From Candidatus Micrarchaeota archaeon (GTDB lineage: Archaea > Micrarchaeota > Micrarchaeia > Norongarragalinales > Norongarragalinaceae), in contig CAZWIQ010000003.1 in assembly GCA_964634375.1 (NCBI GenBank), forward strand, positions 1-42,389: 42,389 nucleotides of DNA, read 5' to 3'. Positions 25,818 to 35,836 of the stretch are shown piece by piece; the stretch's first letter is position 1, and the number at the start of each line of letters is the position of its first letter. Below the pieces are notes generated by a model. That model was not told the origin of the DNA. It did no database searches and saw only the letters and a program-made list of their open reading frames with translations. A program made the translations under genes and the position numbers.

Positions 25818-28043
25818 ATGGAACTAATAATCGCTGAAAAGCCGAACGCCGCCACCAAAATCGCCGCAGCCCTGGCGCGCGGCAAGCCGCCAGAGCGGAA
25901 AACGAAAGGCAAGACTTACTGGTTCGAAGTCGAACGAAACGGCAAAAAAATCGCCGTCGCGCCCGCGGTCGGGCACTTGTTCGGAATAGCGCCGAGCGCA
26001 AGCGGGAGCGATTACCCGTTGCTCGAAGGCGAGTGGCGCCCGACGTTCGAAATCAGCGACGACAACGCTTACGCCAAAGACTATTACGAAAACATCCGCG
26101 CGCTGGCGAAAAACGCGGACTCGTTCGTCAACGCGTGCGACTACGACGTCGAAGGAGAAGTAATCGGAGACAACATCATCGAATTCATCTGCAAAGCGCG
26201 CGCCGCGCGCCGAATGAAGTATTCGACGTTGACGGCGGACGAACTCGAAGCGTCTTACGAAAACGCTGCGCCCCAAGCGAGCCACGGGATGCGCGACGCG
26301 GGACGCGCGCGCCACTACCTCGACTTCGCGTGGGGATTAAGCATAAGCCGCGCCCTCATGGCGGCGGTGCGCCGCGCGGGCGCTTTCCGCGTGCTCAGCA
26401 TCGGCCGCGTGCAAGGCCCAGCGCTCGCGTTGCTCGCCGAACGCGAAAAGAAAATCGCCGCGTTCGAAAGCACGCCGTACTGGCAGCTCGTCGCGTTGTA
26501 CGAAGGCACCGAGTTCCTGCACCGCAAGCAACGCTTCGAAAACGAGGCGGAAGCCGACGCCGCGCTAGCGCGCTCGGACAAAGACGGTTTCGTGAGCGTC
26601 CTCGACAAGAAAAAACTGAAACTCAAGCCGTTGCCGCCGTTCGATTTGACGACGTTGCAGACGGAAGCCTACCGTTGCTTCGGCGTTAACCCCGCGCGCA
26701 CGATGCAAATCGCGCAATCGCTTTACGAAGCCGCGTTCATTTCGTACCCGCGCAGCGCTTCGCAAAAGCTCCCGCCCCAGCTCAACCTCAAGAAAATCAT
26801 TACGCAGCTCGCCGCGAACCCCGCTTACGAAAAACACGCGAAAGAACTCTTGGAAAAAAACCGCACGAAGCCCGCTGAAGGCGACAAGACTGATTCCGCG
26901 CACCCCGCAGTACACCCGACTGGGCTAAAGCCGGGCGCTAACGCGCTGCGCGGCGAAGCGGCGAAAATCTACGATTTAATCGCGCGGCGATTCCTCGCGT
27001 GCTTCGCCGAAGAAGGCGAAGCCGAGCGAGTCGGCGCCGAACTCACGCTCGGGCGCGAGCGTTATTTCGCTCAAGGCGACCGCGTAACGAAGCGGGGGTG
27101 GATTGACTACTACGCGCCTTACGCGAAAATCGAGGAAAAACAAATGCCCGAGTTGCGGCTGCACCAGAAACTCCGCGTCGAAGAAATCTCGAAGCTGAAA
27201 AAAATGACTCAGCCGCCCAAGCGCTTCACTCCAGCGAGCATAGTGAGCGAACTCGAGGAACGCGATTTGGGAACGAAGGCTACGCGCGCCGAAATAATTG
27301 AAACCCTTTATCGGCGCGGCTATGCCGAAGGAAAAAGCGTTACGGTGACGGCGCTCGGGCTCGCGGTTGCCGAATCGCTGCACAAGCACGTCCCCGAAAT
27401 AATGAGCGAGAAGCTCACGCGGCACTTCGAAAAGGAAATGGACGCGATTCAAGAAGGAAAAACGACTGAACAACGCGTAGTCGATGAAGGCAAGCGCGAA
27501 ATCGCGAAAATCTGCGCGGAATTCAAGCCCAAGGAAGAAACGATTGGACGGGAATTGCTCGGCGCGGTCAACGAAATGCACCGCAAGGCGAGCGTGCTCG
27601 GCAAGTGCGACAAGTGCGCTAAAGGCGAAATCGTCGTGCGACGCGGAAAGTACGGGCTCTTCGCTGCGTGCAACGCTTACCCCGAGTGCAAGAACACTTT
27701 CCCGGTGCCTCGCGACGCCGCGATTCTCGCGACGGGAAAAACGTGCCCGCATTGCAAGCTGCCCGTCGTCAAAGTCGTGCGACGCGGCAAACGCCCGTTC
27801 GAAATGTGCTTGAAGCCGGGCTGCGAAAGCAAGGCGAATTGGGGAAACAAGAACTACAAGAAGAAAGAAGAAAAAGAAGCCAAGAAGGAAGAAAAGAAAG
27901 AAGAAAAACAAGAAAAGAAAACCGAAGCGAAAAGCGAAGCGGGTCCCGCCGCCGAGGAAACGCGCGCCGCCAAGCCAGCGAAACCAGTCAAGGAAAAAAC
28001 AGTGAAAGAAAAAACCAAGAAACCGAAAGGCGAAGCAACGTGA
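25818..28043 (+). CDS. topA: Type IA DNA topoisomerase with C-terminal zinc ribbons and a Lys/Glu-rich tail
   Basis: Toprim LIIAEKPNAA...CDYDVEGE, the topoisomerase core (SIGRVQGPAL, FISYPRS) and zinc ribbons CDKCAKG...ACNAYPEC and CPHCKLP...C..PGC. Confidence 0.9.
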   Translation: MELIIAEKPNAATKIAAALARGKPPERKTKGKTYWFEVERNGKKIAVAPAVGHLFGIAPSASGSDYPLLEGEWRPTFEISDDNAYAKDYYENIRALAKNADSFVNACDYDVEGEVIGDNIIEFICKARAARRMKYSTLTADELEASYENAAPQASHGMRDAGRARHYLDFAWGLSISRALMAAVRRAGAFRVLSIGRVQGPALALLAEREKKIAAFESTPYWQLVALYEGTEFLHRKQRFENEAEADAALARSDKDGFVSVLDKKKLKLKPLPPFDLTTLQTEAYRCFGVNPARTMQIAQSLYEAAFISYPRSASQKLPPQLNLKKIITQLAANPAYEKHAKELLEKNRTKPAEGDKTDSAHPAVHPTGLKPGANALRGEAAKIYDLIARRFLACFAEEGEAERVGAELTLGRERYFAQGDRVTKRGWIDYYAPYAKIEEKQMPELRLHQKLRVEEISKLKKMTQPPKRFTPASIVSELEERDLGTKATRAEIIETLYRRGYAEGKSVTVTALGLAVAESLHKHVPEIMSEKLTRHFEKEMDAIQEGKTTEQRVVDEGKREIAKICAEFKPKEETIGRELLGAVNEMHRKASVLGKCDKCAKGEIVVRRGKYGLFAACNAYPECKNTFPVPRDAAILATGKTCPHCKLPVVKVVRRGKRPFEMCLKPGCESKANWGNKNYKKKEEKEAKKEEKKEEKQEKKTEAKSEAGPAAEETRAAKPAKPVKEKTVKEKTKKPKGEAT

Positions 28044-28837
28044 AGATTCGCTTGGACGTGCGCAAGACGGTTTGGCAGAACGCCACGGATTACTTCGACA
28101 AAGCCAAGCGCGCACGCGCGAAAGCCGAAGGAGCGAGGCGCGCAATCAAGGAAACCGAGGCGCGCGTAGAAAAAATGCGCGCGGAAGACGCTGCCGCGCA
28201 AGCGCGCGCAGAAGCGGAAGCCGAAGCCGCGAAAACGCGTTTCAAAGTCAGGCAAATCCGAGAACGGGCTTGGTTTGAAAAATACCGTTTTTTCACGACG
28301 AGCGGCGGATTCCTCGTCATCGCCGGGAAAGACGCGAAGCAAAACGAAACGCTCGTCGCGCACCACCTCGAAGACGCAGACTTGTTTCTCCACGCGGACG
28401 TGCACGGCGCGCCAGCAACAATCTTGAAGGAAGGAACTAAGGCGGGAGAACAGAATTTGCGCGAGGCGGTGCAGTGGGCGGCATCGTACTCGAGCGCGTG
28501 GAAGGCGGGAAGCGGCGCGTGCGACGCTTACGCGGTGCGCCGCGAGCAAGTAAGCAAGTATTCGCACGGCGAGTACGTCGCGAAAGGCGCGTTCGTCATA
28601 CGCGGGCAACGCCAGTGGTTCAAGAACACGGAACTCGCGTTGTTAATCGCTGAAGAAAACGAGCGCGCGATAGCGTTGCCTGCGGTGCACGCCGCTGCAC
28701 CCAAAAACTCGGTTCGCGTCAAGCCGGGCGCGACGAAGAAAAGCGAGGCTGCGAAGAAAATCGCTTTGAAGTTGGGTTGCGATGCAAACGAAGTCGAAAA
28801 ACTCCTGCCGGGCGACTGCGAAACCAGCGGATTGTAG
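28040..28837 (+). CDS. NFACT-R (DUF814) protein, equivalent to the coiled-coil + C-terminal half of Rqc2/NEMF/FbpA-family proteins
   Basis: WFEKYRFFTTSGGFLVIAGKDAKQNETLVAHHLEDADLFLHADVHGAPATILK...AASYSSAWKAG...VSKYSHGEYVAKGAFVIRG closely parallels the NEMF NFACT-R signature. GTG 28040 overlaps the topA TGA (GTGA). Confidence 0.8.
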   Translation: MKIRLDVRKTVWQNATDYFDKAKRARAKAEGARRAIKETEARVEKMRAEDAAAQARAEAEAEAAKTRFKVRQIRERAWFEKYRFFTTSGGFLVIAGKDAKQNETLVAHHLEDADLFLHADVHGAPATILKEGTKAGEQNLREAVQWAASYSSAWKAGSGACDAYAVRREQVSKYSHGEYVAKGAFVIRGQRQWFKNTELALLIAEENERAIALPAVHAAAPKNSVRVKPGATKKSEAAKKIALKLGCDANEVEKLLPGDCETSGL

Positions 28838-28948
28838 AAAACAAAAACCTTATTATTAAGCTCTGCGCAACAATTCCTTCCAACGAGACAACGAGTTTTT
28901 AATAAACCCAGCAACCCTACTCGTAGCAATCAAAACCCGCTCGGCTGA

Positions 28949-31123
<2,175 letters not shown>

Positions 31124-31166
31124 AAAGATAAGCGACAAAGCATAAGCCAAAAGAGAAAGCATAAGC
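31124..31166. repeat. Three spaced copies of AAAG(C)ATAAGC, two of them exact 11-mers AAAGCATAAGC at 31137 and 31156
   Basis: Read directly. It lies between the cdc48 stop and the next gene. Confidence 0.4.
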
Positions 31167-31212
31167 GGATAAAAGCAGAGGCGCACACATTACTATTGGT
31201 GACTTGAAAAAA

Positions 31213-31716
31213 ATGAATTTGCGAGTCGCGGCGAACGCCGCAATGCTGTTCATCGCGAGCGCGCTCGTCGTTTACGGAATGAGTGGGTGGATTCACGCCT
31301 CGCTCGGCTGGAAGGAAAGCGTGCTAGGCGACGTTTGGAAACTAGTCGCCATCGCCGTAGCGCTCGCCATCGCCGCGGGTTACGCTTGGCCGCGAATGCG
31401 CGGCGTGCGCCGAGGAGACGTGCTGATAACGTTCGTCCGCCGCCACCAGCAAACGCCTTTCGGAGTCGCCACGATAAACGAGCCGGTGTTCGTCACCGCG
31501 CTCGAGAACGGCCGCGTGGGCAAGAAGATTCGCGTGAGCCTGCAAAACGGTTCTCTCGCGGAAGGAGTCATCGAGGAATACGCGGGAACTATTTCGCCGC
31601 CGAGCATCCGCCTGACTGAAACCGAGAATATCGGCGGAGCGGAAGTGCGGTTTGAAGGCGGCACTCGCGGCAAGCGCGGCAGCACCAACAATTACGGCGA
31701 ATACAAGGAAGAGTGA
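31213..31716 (+). CDS. Membrane protein (2 TM) with a soluble beta-rich C-terminal domain, function unknown
   Basis: AANAAMLFIASALVVYG and WKLVAIAVALAIAAGYAW are the TM segments. Its stop overlaps the possible GTG start of the next gene. Confidence 0.5.
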   Translation: MNLRVAANAAMLFIASALVVYGMSGWIHASLGWKESVLGDVWKLVAIAVALAIAAGYAWPRMRGVRRGDVLITFVRRHQQTPFGVATINEPVFVTALENGRVGKKIRVSLQNGSLAEGVIEEYAGTISPPSIRLTETENIGGAEVRFEGGTRGKRGSTNNYGEYKEE

Positions 31717-31721
31717 TTGAG

Positions 31722-32315
31722 ATGGCGAGCAAAATAGGATTGTTTTCGTTCAGCGCGGTCGAAGTCACGCACATACTCGTTTCCGTAATCACGATTTCCC
31801 TCGCGTTCTCGTTGTTCAAAGGAGACAACTACGTCTTCGACCCGAACTACTTCCTCGTCGTCCTCATCGCAGTCGGCAGCGCGTTCATTTTGCACGAGCT
31901 AGGGCACCGCACTGTCGCGCGCTCGTACGGCGTGCACAGCGAATACCGAGCGTGGACGTGGGGGTTGTTCCTCGCGATACTCATGGCGTTCGTCACGCGC
32001 GGCGCATTCGTTTTCGCGGCGCCGGGCGCGGTCTACATTTTCGGCCGCGTTTCGCGCGAGCAAAACGGGAAAATCTCGATTGCCGGCCCACTTACGAATC
32101 TCCTCGTCGCACTCGCTTTCCTCGCGTTGTTCTTCATCACGCCTTACAAGGAACTGTGCGCGACGGCGGCGTACGTCAACGTGCTCCTCGGCTCGTTCAA
32201 CATGCTTCCCTTCGGTCCGCTAGATGGAACGAAAATCGCTGCTTGGAACAGCCGCGCGTGGGGCTTGCTTTTCGCCGGCTTCCTCGCGTTGTTCCTCGCC
32301 ATGGCGTTTGTTTGA
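31722..32315 (+). CDS. M50 (site-2 protease) family zinc metalloprotease
   Basis: HELGHRTVA (HExxH) in a TM helix, and NMLPFGPLDG (NxxPxxxLDG). An alternative start is GTG 31713, which overlaps the upstream TGA. Confidence 0.8.
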   Translation: MASKIGLFSFSAVEVTHILVSVITISLAFSLFKGDNYVFDPNYFLVVLIAVGSAFILHELGHRTVARSYGVHSEYRAWTWGLFLAILMAFVTRGAFVFAAPGAVYIFGRVSREQNGKISIAGPLTNLLVALAFLALFFITPYKELCATAAYVNVLLGSFNMLPFGPLDGTKIAAWNSRAWGLLFAGFLALFLAMAFV

Positions 32316-32322
32316 ACGCGGT

Positions 32323-32346
32323 TTTAGCGCGCGCTTGAGCGCTAAA
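32323..32346 (+). terminator. 8-bp stem hairpin (TTTAGCGC-N8-GCGCTAAA) flanked by T-run and A-run just after the M50 gene
   Basis: Read directly from the sequence. The T-tract lies 5' and the A-tract 3' on the plus strand, so terminator function on the plus strand is uncertain. Confidence 0.3.
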
Positions 32347-32439
32347 AAAACGGCGTAAAATCAACGGCAAAGTAGTTACGAAAAGTATTTAAAGCCCAGT
32401 CCGCTAGCACTAAAACGCCGAAAAAAAACGGCGCACGAC

Positions 32440-32455
32440 AATCAATATATTGTGG
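32440..32455. promoter_or_regulatory. NrdR-box-like operator 1 (AATCAATATATTGTGG)
   Basis: 13 of 16 matches by hand to the bacterial NrdR-box consensus acaCwAtATaTwGtgt. It contains the perfect 10-bp palindrome CAATATATTG. Confidence 0.6.
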
Positions 32456-32472
32456 CTGGGCAGGCGCGCAAA

Positions 32473-32488
32473 GCGCCATATATAGTGT
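32473..32488. promoter_or_regulatory. NrdR-box-like operator 2 (GCGCCATATATAGTGT), overlapping the TATA-like element
   Basis: 13 of 16 matches to the same consensus, with a perfect right half-site TATAGTGT. Its centre is 33 bp from box 1. ATATATAG is the best TATA candidate upstream of the nrd ORF. Confidence 0.6.
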
Positions 32489-32601
32489 TTTCAAAGCGAA
32501 AATAGCGGCAAGCTAGCAACCCGTTTTTTCGTCGTTTGACGATAAAAAACAGCGGAAAACCGGGTTTTCTGGGTTTCGGGTTTGAACGGAGTTGGTGGAA
32601 A

Positions 32602-35214
32602 TTGAAGTGTCCTTATTGCGGGAATCCGGAAACGAGCGTCGTCGACTCGCGCGACGCTGAAGCCGACGAGAAGACGCGGCGCAGGCGCGAGTGCAAGAAT
32701 TGCGGCAAGCGCTTCACGACTTACGAGGAAGCCGCGCTCGAGTTGTTCGTGCTCAAGAAAAGCGGGAGGCGCGAGCCTTTCGACCGCAAGAAGATTAAAA
32801 ACGGCGTGGAACACGCTTGCTTCAAGCGCCCCGTCTCCGAGGAAAAAATCGATTCGCTAGTCGACGAAGTCGAACGCGAGCTGCGCTCGCGCGACGTCAG
32901 CGAGATTCCGAGCCGCGACATCGGCGAACTCGTGATGGACAAGCTGCGCGGCGTCGACGAAGTCGCTTACATTAACTTCGCGAGCGTTTACAGGCAGTTC
33001 CGCGATTTGACTGCGCTCGAACGCGAAATCAAGGCGCTGCGCGTCGTGCGCGAGGAAAGCGAAGGCGAAGCGCAAGCGAAAGACTCGACTGATTTCATGC
33101 AGCTCATAGTTGAAAGCCCTACGCAAGGCATCGCGCAGCTTTGGGACAGGACGCGAATAACGGAAGCGCTCGTCAAGGAAACGGGGCTCGCGCAAGCAGA
33201 GGCGGAAGACATCGCTCTCGCGGTCGAGCGGCGCTTGTCGGTTTCGGGAATGAAGAGCATCAGCGTGTCGCTGATTCGCGAACTCGTGAACAACGAATTG
33301 TTCGAGCGCGGGCACAAGCGCAAGCTAAGCAAGCAAGAAATTTTGGGAATCGCCGTTTACAACCTCAACCAATTGATTTTCGCGAAGAGCAACGAGAACA
33401 GCAACATCATGGCGAACAACCCCGAGGCGGTGAATCTCGCAATCGCGGAAACCGTGCTGAAACAATACGCGTTGAAGGAAGTTTTTTCGCGGGAAGTAAG
33501 CGAAGCGCACCTCAGCGGAGCAGTCTACCTCCACGACTTGGGTTACATCGTCCGCACGTACTGCTCCGGTCACAGCCCGGAATACATCAAGAAATACGGC
33601 TTGCAGTTGATGAACCTCGCGTCGCACTCTTACCCGGCGAAACACGCCGCGACGCTCACGGGCCACCTCAACACTTTCCTCGCCTCGATGCAGGCGAATT
33701 ACGCGGGCGCGCTCGGGCTCGCTTACCTCAACGTTTTTTACGCGCCGTTGCTCCGCGGCTTGAGTTACGAAGAGTTGAAGCAGCACGCGCAACACCTGAT
33801 TTTCGCGTTCTCGCAAAACGCTTTTTCGCGCGGCTCCCAAACGCTTTTCATCGACATCAACCTGCACTTCGGAGTTCCCGATTATCTCCGCGGCGTGCCC
33901 GCGATTGGCGAGGGAGGAAAATACATGCTGCAGCGGCCGAACGGCGAAGTCGAACGCCTCGACGACGTGCCTCGAGACGCGCAAGGAAAGCTCGTGCAGC
34001 CGAGCGACGCGGCGCGCGACGGGCGCATTCTCACTTACGCGGACTACGAGCGCGAAGCCCAGCAGTTCACGCGCGCGCTCCTCGAAATCGCTCGGAAGGG
34101 CGACAGCGAAGGCAAACCCTTCGCTTTCCCGAAACTAAACTGCCACGTCGACGCCGCGACTTTCGCCGACGCGGCGCAAGACGAGCTCCTGCGCTTCGCT
34201 TGCGGCGTGAGCGCCGCTAACGGCGCGCCTTACTTCATTTTCGACCGGGAGGCGGCAACGCTGAGCCAGTGCTGCCGCTTGAAAACGAAAATCGAGGACC
34301 CGTGGCTGCTCAATCACCCGGAAAGCATTCGGTTCTGCGGATTCCAAATCGTAACGATCAACCTTCCGCAGGCGGCTTACCGCGCCGCGCAAGCAAGCGA
34401 GAAAGTCGGAGCGAAGCCGACCGTGGAAAGCGTCGTGCGCGAAGTCGAGTGGGCGATGGACACCGCGATGAAGGCGCACTTGCAGAAAAGAAAGTTCATC
34501 CAAAAAATCATGAGCAGCCCGGGAACGCCGTTGTGGACTGTCGGCGCGCCTGCCGCTGACGGCAAACCTTACCTCGACCTCGACAAGGCGAGTTACATCA
34601 TCGGCATGATCGGGCTCAACGAGTGCGTGAAAACGATTACGGGGCAAGCGCTTCACGAAAGCGACGCCGCCTTTCGAGTCGGCGTGCGCGTAATCGCGGC
34701 GATGCACTTGAAAGCGAAGGCGCTGGAAGCCGAACACAAGATGAAGGTGGTGCTCGAGGAAACGCCTGCGGAGAGCGCGAGCCTGCGGCTCGCGAGAATC
34801 GACCTCCAACGCTTTCCTCAGTACGCGCGCGGGCTCGTGCGCGGCAACGCTGAAACCGGCGAAGTCTATTATACCAACAGTATTCACTTGCAGGCTGACG
34901 CGCCAGTCGACATCATTGAACGCATTGAAAAGCAAGCGGTCTTCAACAACTTGATCGAAGCCGGCTGCATCACGCACGTATTCCTCGGCGAACAACAGCC
35001 TAGCCCCGAGAGCGTTTACGCGCTCGTGCGCCGCACGTGGGAAAACACCCAGAGCGCGCAAATCGTTGTTTCGCCGGAATTCACCGTCTGCAACGACTGC
35101 GGCGCGGTGAGCCGCGGCTTCAACCGCGATACTGAAGCGCCAGTAAAACAAGCAACGCAGGCAGCGCCAAGCCAAGCGAAGGGCGACGTGGTGTTCGAGA
35201 AAATAACTAGATGA
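32602..35214 (+). CDS. nrdD: Fusion protein: NrdR module (zinc ribbon + ATP-cone) - second ATP-cone - class III (anaerobic) ribonucleoside-triphosphate reductase NrdD core, lacking the glycyl-radical tail
   Basis: (M)KCPYCGNPETSVVDSRDAE...RRRRECKNCGKRFTTYE plus an ATP-cone (FDRKKI...VAYINFASVYRQF) forms the NrdR module. A linker and a second ATP-cone (WDRTRITEAL...) follow, then the NrdD core (GAVYLHDLGY..., ...EFTVCNDCG). TTG 32602 is preceded by GGAGTTGGTGG. Confidence 0.85.
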   Translation: MKCPYCGNPETSVVDSRDAEADEKTRRRRECKNCGKRFTTYEEAALELFVLKKSGRREPFDRKKIKNGVEHACFKRPVSEEKIDSLVDEVERELRSRDVSEIPSRDIGELVMDKLRGVDEVAYINFASVYRQFRDLTALEREIKALRVVREESEGEAQAKDSTDFMQLIVESPTQGIAQLWDRTRITEALVKETGLAQAEAEDIALAVERRLSVSGMKSISVSLIRELVNNELFERGHKRKLSKQEILGIAVYNLNQLIFAKSNENSNIMANNPEAVNLAIAETVLKQYALKEVFSREVSEAHLSGAVYLHDLGYIVRTYCSGHSPEYIKKYGLQLMNLASHSYPAKHAATLTGHLNTFLASMQANYAGALGLAYLNVFYAPLLRGLSYEELKQHAQHLIFAFSQNAFSRGSQTLFIDINLHFGVPDYLRGVPAIGEGGKYMLQRPNGEVERLDDVPRDAQGKLVQPSDAARDGRILTYADYEREAQQFTRALLEIARKGDSEGKPFAFPKLNCHVDAATFADAAQDELLRFACGVSAANGAPYFIFDREAATLSQCCRLKTKIEDPWLLNHPESIRFCGFQIVTINLPQAAYRAAQASEKVGAKPTVESVVREVEWAMDTAMKAHLQKRKFIQKIMSSPGTPLWTVGAPAADGKPYLDLDKASYIIGMIGLNECVKTITGQALHESDAAFRVGVRVIAAMHLKAKALEAEHKMKVVLEETPAESASLRLARIDLQRFPQYARGLVRGNAETGEVYYTNSIHLQADAPVDIIERIEKQAVFNNLIEAGCITHVFLGEQQPSPESVYALVRRTWENTQSAQIVVSPEFTVCNDCGAVSRGFNRDTEAPVKQATQAAPSQAKGDVVFEKITR

Positions 35215-35227
35215 GGTGAAAGCAACA

Positions 35228-35461
35228 ATGACGGAAGAAAAGACAGTTCATGGTCCCCACTGTCCTCACTGCGGCAGCGAAAACGTTTTCGGGATATCGC
35301 GCGTAGTCGGCTACTTCAGCCGAATCAACAACTGGAACAAGAGCAAGACCGCCGAATTCAAGGACAGGCAAAAAGGAAATTACGCCGTCCCGCAAACCGC
35401 GAAAGCGGTGGACGCAGAATTCGACTCGAAAGCGCTGACGCAGAAAGCCAAGTGCGCGTGA
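35228..35461 (+). CDS. Stand-alone glycyl-radical C-terminal piece of NrdD (77 aa)
   Basis: HCPHCGSENVFGISRVVGYFSRINNWNKSKTAEFKDRQ is the second Zn Cys pair plus the RVxGY glycyl-radical motif of class III RNR. GAGGTGA lies 8 nt upstream of ATG 35228. The ORF is in a different frame from the large ORF. Confidence 0.8.
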   Translation: MTEEKTVHGPHCPHCGSENVFGISRVVGYFSRINNWNKSKTAEFKDRQKGNYAVPQTAKAVDAEFDSKALTQKAKCA

Positions 35462-35505
35462 GCGCGCGAATGCGCGGGCGCGCGAGGATGCGCGAGCGTG
35501 AGTTC

Positions 35506-35763
35506 ATGCCGAAAGTAAAGATTTTCTGGAAGGAAACTTGCCCGAACTGCCCGGCGGCGAAAGAGTTAGGCAAACGGCTGGCGGCTGAAGGCGCCGTCGT
35601 CGAATTCCTCAACGTCAAGGACGCCGACGGGCTCACGGAAGCCGTGCTTCACGGAGTCATGGCGACGCCGAGCGTCGCCGTCGTCGCGGACGACGGAACG
35701 GAGAAAACCGTGTGGCGCGGCGCCACCCCGAAGCTCGACGAAGTCAAGGAAGCACTCAAGTAA
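35506..35763 (+). CDS. Small glutaredoxin/NrdH-like thioredoxin-fold redoxin
   Basis: KVKIFWKETCPNCPAAKEL...GVMATPSV is a CxxC redoxin with cis-Pro context, 85 aa long. Confidence 0.8.
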   Translation: MPKVKIFWKETCPNCPAAKELGKRLAAEGAVVEFLNVKDADGLTEAVLHGVMATPSVAVVADDGTEKTVWRGATPKLDEVKEALK

Positions 35764-35787
35764 GAGATGCCAACACCCTAACGCTTA

Positions 35788-35799
35788 TATACTAGTATA
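35788..35799. promoter_or_regulatory. Perfect 12-bp palindrome TATACTAGTATA in the AT-rich spacer upstream of the toxin-antitoxin-like pair
   Basis: Read directly. It is a candidate promoter/operator for the AbrB-type antitoxin. Confidence 0.35.
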
Positions 35800-35836
35800 A
35801 CTAATTATAATCAATAAAACTCAGCGGGCGGTTGGC

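Noticed and set aside
27668-28039. The N-terminal 124 codons of the listed 389-aa ORF that contains the NFACT-R protein.
   Set aside because: This part lies in an alternate frame of the Lys/Glu-rich tail of topA and reads as Arg/Lys/Glu junk. The GTG at 28040 overlapping the topA stop gives a natural start matching the NFACT coiled-coil region.
26976-28145. A 389-aa minus-strand ORF antisense to topA. Similar long antisense or alternate-frame ORFs occur at 34135-35175, 33141-34220, 18317-19087, 16139-16972 and 14-664.
   Set aside because: All overlap genes with clear family signatures. Their products are Arg/Phe/Ala-rich low-complexity sequences, typical of stop-poor alternate frames in GC-biased coding DNA.
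35207-35216. A possible +1 frameshift or readthrough joining the NrdD core to the glycyl-radical ORF.
   Set aside because: The +1 frame opens only at 35207, and ACT AGA TGA offers no good re-pairing for P-site slippage. The small ORF has its own perfect SD and ATG. The question is left as a check on reads rather than a claim.
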